A DNA stretch of 63,741 nucleotides, counting the filler, from Hausera hauseri (Eukaryota), in the NCBI GenBank assembly GCA_046269625.1. It is 11 parts of 11 records of this genome, joined end to end, with 100 filler letters (N's around TTAATTAATTAA, not from the genome) between each part and the next. Parts side by side here need not be neighbours in the genome. Positions count along the whole stretch, not along the records: positions 59,495 to 63,741 come from JBJURY010517459.1; 10 more parts are not named here. One strand, given 5' to 3'. The position numbers were made by a program, and so were the translations under genes. This document shows, piece by piece, positions 59,495-63,741 of the stretch. The notes beneath the pieces are model-generated. The model was not told the DNA's origin, made no database searches, and worked only from the letters and a program-made list of their open reading frames with translations. The stretch's first letter is position 1; every line of letters starts with the position of its first letter.

Positions 59495-62412
59495 TTACCC
59501 GCTGTCTCCCTCTCTCCCTCCTTCTCTCTCCCTTTCTATCTGTTTCTCTCTCTCCCTATGTCTCTGTCGCTCTATGTCTCTCTGTCGCTGTCTGTCTCTC
59601 TCTGCCTCTGTCTTTGTCTCTGTCTCTATCTATTTCTACCTCTCTTTCTCCCTCCCCTTCTCACTCTCTCTCCCTTTCTCTGTATCTTTGTCTCTTTGGA
59701 CCTCTGTCTCTCTGTCTCTCTCTCTGTCGCCCTCTCTGTCGCTGTCTCTCGCATTCTGTCTCCGTCTCTGTCTCAGTCCCCGTCTCAGTGTCTGTCTCTG
59801 TCTCAGTCTCTGTCTATGTCTCTGTCTCTCTGTCTCTCTCAGTCTCTCTGTATCTCTGTCTCTCTTTCTCTCTCTGTCTCTTTGTGTCTCTCTGTCTCGG
59901 TCTCTCTCTGTCTCCGTCTCTGTATCTCTCACAGACCCTGTCGCTCTGTCTCTGTCTCTGACTCTGTTTCTGTCTCTGTCTTTCTTTCGTACCACTGCCT
60001 CTCTGTCTGTCTCTCTGTGTCTCTCCCTCTATCTGTCCTTCTCTCTGTCTCTCTCTTGGCTTCTCTAACTCTCTCTGTCTTTCCCCCTCTCTGTCTCTCC
60101 TTCCCCCTCTCTCCCTCTCTCTCTCTGTCTCCCTTTCTCTCTTGCCCCCTCTGTCTCTGCTCTATCTGTATCNNNNNNNNNNNNNNNNNNNNNNNNNNNN
60201 NNNNNNNNNNNNNNNNNNNNNNNNNNNNNNNNNNNNNNNNNNNNNNNNNNNNNNNNNNNNNNNNNNNNNNNNNNNNNNNNNNNNNNNNNNNNNNNNNNNN
60301 NNNNNNNNNNNNNNNNNNNNNNNNNNNNNNNNNNNNNNNNNNNNNNNNNNNNNNNNNNNNNNNNNNTCTCAGTCTGTCTCTGTGTCACTGTCTCTGTCTC
60401 TGTCTCTCTGTCTCTGACTCTGTTTCTGTATCTCTCTCTCTCTATTTCTCCTTCTCTTTCTCCCTCCCCCTCTCACGCTCCCTCCCTTTCTCTGTCCCTC
60501 TGTATCNNNNNNNNNNNNNNNNNNNNNNNNNNNNNNNNNNNNNNNNNNNNNNNNNNNNNNNNNNNNNNNNNNNNNNNNNNNNNNNNNNNNNNNNNNNNNN
60601 NNNNNNNNNNNNNNNNNNNNNNNNNNNNNNNNNNNNNNNNNNNNNNNNNNNNNNNNNNNNNNNNNNNNNNNNNNNNNNNNNNNNNNNNNNNNNNNNNNNN
60701 NNNNNNNNNNNNNNNNNNNNNNNNNNNNNNNNNNNNNNNNNNNNNNNNNNNNNNNNNNNNNNNNNNNNNNNNNNNNNNNNNNNNNGTATTTCTTTCGCTC
60801 TCTGTCTCTCTCTATGTGTCTCTTTTCCTGGCTCTCACTTTCTGTCTCNNNNNNNNNNNNNNNNNNNNNNNNNNNNNNNNNNNNNNNNNNNNNNNNNNNN
60901 NNNNNNNNNNNNNNNNNNNNNNNNNNNNNNNNNNNNNNNNNNNNNNNNNNNNNNNNNNNNNNNNNNNNNNNNNNNNNNNNNNNNNNNNNNNNNNNNNNTG
61001 TCCCTCTGTATTTTTGTCTCTCTCTCTCTGTATGTGTTACGGTCTCTGTCTCTGTCTCTGTCTCTGTCTCTCTCTCCCACTCTGTGTCTGTCTCTCTCTG
61101 TCTCTGTCTCTTTATCTGTCTGTCTCTGTCTCTTTGTCTCTGTGTCCCTCTGCGTCTCTCTCTCTGTCTCTCTGTTTCTATTCCTATTTCTCTCTCTCTC
61201 CTTCTATCTTTGTGTCTCTTTCTCTATCTCTCCCTATNNNNNNNNNNNNNNNNNNNNNNNNNNNNNNNNNNNNNNNNNNNNNNNNNNNNNNNNNNNNNNN
61301 NNNNNNNNNNNNNNNNNNNNNNNNNNNNNNNNNNNNNNNNNNNNNNNNNNNNNNNNNNNNNNNNNNNNNNNNNNNNNNNNNNNNNNNNNNNNNNNNNNNN
61401 NNNNNNNNNNNNNNNNNNNNNNNNNNNNNNNNNNNNNNNNNNNCCCTCTCTCTGTGTCGCTTTCTCTCTCTCTATNNNNNNNNNNNNNNNNNNNNNNNNN
61501 NNNNNNNNNNNNNNNNNNNNNNNNNNNNNNNNNNNNNNNNNNNNNNNNNNNNNNNNNNNNNNNNNNNNNNNNNNNNNNNNNNNNNNNNNNNNNNNNNNNN
61601 NNNNNNNNNNNNNNNNNNNNNNNNNNNNNNNNNNNNNNNNNNNNNNNNNNNNNNNNNNNNNNNNNNNNNNNNNNNNNNNNNNNNNNNNNNNNNNNNNNNN
61701 NNNNNNNNNNNCTCTCTGTCTATCTTTCACTCTGTCTCTCTATGTTTGTCTCTCTTTCTATCTGTGTCTGTCTCTCTGTCTCTGCCTCTGTCTATCTCTT
61801 TCTCTATATCTGTCTCTCTCTGTCTCTCTGCTTCTCTGTTTCTCTGTGTCTCTGTGTCTCTCCGTCTCTCTGCCTCTCTGTTTCTCTGCAGCTCTCTTTC
61901 GCTGTCTCCCTGTCGCACTGTCTGTCTGTCGCCTTCTCTCTTTCTCTGTCTCTCTGTCTGTCTATCTCTTTCTGTCTCTCTATGTCTATCTTTCACTGTG
62001 TCTCTCTCTGTCTCTCTGTCTGTCTCTCTCTATCTCTGTCTCTGTATCTCTCTGTCTCTGTCTCTCTCTCTATGTCTTTCTCTGTCTGTCTCCCTTTCCA
62101 TCTCACCCTCTCTCACTCCTTGTCTCTCTNNNNNNNNNNNNNNNNNNNNNNNNNNNNNNNNNNNNNNNNNNNNNNNNNNNNNNNNNNNNNNNNNNNNNNN
62201 NNNNNNNNNNNNNNNNNNNNNNNNNNNNNNNNNNNNNNNNNNNNNNNNNNNNNNNNNNNNNNNNNNNNNNNNNNNNNNNNNNNNNNNNNNNNNNNNNNNN
62301 NNNNNNNNNNNNNNNNNNNNNNNNNNNNNNNNNNNNNNNNNNNNNNNNNNNNNNNNNNNNNNNNNNNNNNNNNNNNNNNNNNNNNNNNNNNNNNNCTTGT
62401 CTCTCTTTAGCC

Positions 62413-62443
<31 letters not shown>

Positions 62444-63741
62444 CGTCTCTCTTTGTTTGTCTGTATCTTTTGTCTCTCTCTCTCTCTGTCACTCTCTCTG
62501 TCTCTGTCTCTGTCTCTTTCTTTCTCCCTATCTCTGTCTCTCACTGTCTCTCTTTCTCTCTGTGATTCACTGTGTCTTTGTATCTCTGTCGCTCCGTCTN
62601 NNNNNNNNNNNNNNNNNNNNNNNNNNNNNNNNNNNNNNNNNNNNNNNNNNNNNNNNNNNNNNNNNNNNNNNNNNNNNNNNNNNNNNNNNNNNNNNNNNNN
62701 NNNNNNNNNNNNNNNNNNNNNNNNNNNNNNNNNNNNNNNNNNNNNNCCTGGCTCTCACTTTCTGTCTCTCTCTATGACTCTCTGCCGCTGTATTTCTCTC
62801 TCTGTCTCTCTCGCTGTCTTTTGTTTCTCTCTGTCTGTCTATCTCTCTCTCTCTCTCTTTTTTTCTCTGTCTCTGTCTCTGTCTGTCTCGCTGTCTATCT
62901 GTCTTTCTCTCTGTCTGCATTTTTGTCTCTCTCTGTCTGTATCTGTTACTGTCTCTGTCTCTCTGTTTCTCTGTGTCTCTGTGTCTCTCAGTCTCTCTAC
63001 CTCTCTGTTTCTCTGTAGCTCTCTTTTGCTGTCTCTCTGTCGCACTGTCTCTCTGTCGCCGTCTCTCTTTCGCTGTCTCTCTGTCTGTCTATCTTTCTTT
63101 CTCTGTCTCTGTTTGTCTCTGTCTCTGTCTCTCTATCTCTCTGTCTCTGTCTCTCTGTCTTTCTGTCTATCTGCCTCTCTGTCTCCCTCTGACTCGCTCT
63201 GTCTTTTCCTCTCTGTCTTTCTGTCTCTCTGTCTCCATGTCTCTGTCTCTCTCTGTGTACCTCTCTGCCTGTCTGTCTGTCTGTCTGTCTGTCTCTCTGT
63301 CTATCTCTCTGTCTCTCATCCTATGTCCCTCTATGTCTCTCTGTCTCTCTCTCGCTCTCTGTCTCTCTCTATGTCTCCCTTTGCCTGGCTCTCACTTTCT
63401 GTCTCTCTCTCTGACTCTCTGTCTTTGTCTCNNNNNNNNNNNNNNNNNNNNNNNNNNNNNNNNNNNNNNNNNNNNNNNNNNNNNNNNNNNNNNNNNNNNN
63501 NNNNNNNNNNNNNNNNNNNNNNNNNNNNNNNNNNNNNNNNNNNNNNNNNNNNNNNNNNNNNNNNNNNNNNNNNNNNNNNNNNNNNNNNNNNNNNNNNNNN
63601 NNNTCTATGTCTCTCTGTCTCGCTCCCTCTTTCTCTCTCTTCCTTTCACTCTCTCTCTCTCTCTCTTTGTCTCTTCCTTTGTGTCTCTCTCTGTCTCTCC
63701 CTCTCTCTCTTTCTCTCCTTTCTGCATTTCTCTCCCTCCCT
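59495..63741. repeat. CT/TCTG low-complexity polypyrimidine repeat with assembly gaps
   Basis: Almost pure (TC)n/(TCTG)n/(TCTCTG)n; all ORFs here are spurious. Confidence 0.98.

Noticed and set aside
59558-63045. Very long Ser/Leu/Cys- or Arg/Glu-rich ORFs
   Set aside because: Translation of CT microsatellite and N gaps
1-63741. Prokaryotic features (operons, CRISPR arrays, rRNA/tRNA genes)
   Set aside because: None seen; all recognisable genes are eukaryotic or belong to eukaryotic mobile elements

Overview
This is not one continuous locus. It is 11 unrelated contigs joined by artificial 100-nt linkers (N44-TTAATTAATTAA-N44). The DNA is AT-rich and from an invertebrate animal, judging by afadin, RABGAP1 and glomulin relics, and it is almost entirely decayed mobile DNA plus intronless host-gene relics. 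Contents: (i) four diverged copies of one CsRn1-like Ty3/Gypsy LTR retrotransposon family, (ii) a Gypsy pol running into an env-like ORF, (iii) a 4xCCHC gag with probable LTR/PBS, (iv) four Polinton/Maverick-type protein-primed PolB loci, two of them colinear copies with shared accessory genes, plus a probable Maverick terminus, (v) pseudogene fragments of MTHFD1/FTHFS, DPAGT1, a protein kinase, AFDN, a DPP4-family peptidase, CPSF2, KARS, RABGAP1, an NRPS-type adenylation domain and GLMN, and (vi) a CT-rich low-complexity contig. The main candidate for a new system is that all four Gypsy copies encode a ubiquitin-like domain ending in a di-glycine-type motif (RIRGG, RLLGG, HTRGG, IRSG) in frame directly ahead of Gag. 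In all four copies the expected 5' LTR is not visible and a co-oriented, truncated host-mRNA-like fragment lies upstream instead. All homology calls come from motif recognition by eye, not database searches, and boundaries of decayed features are approximate.
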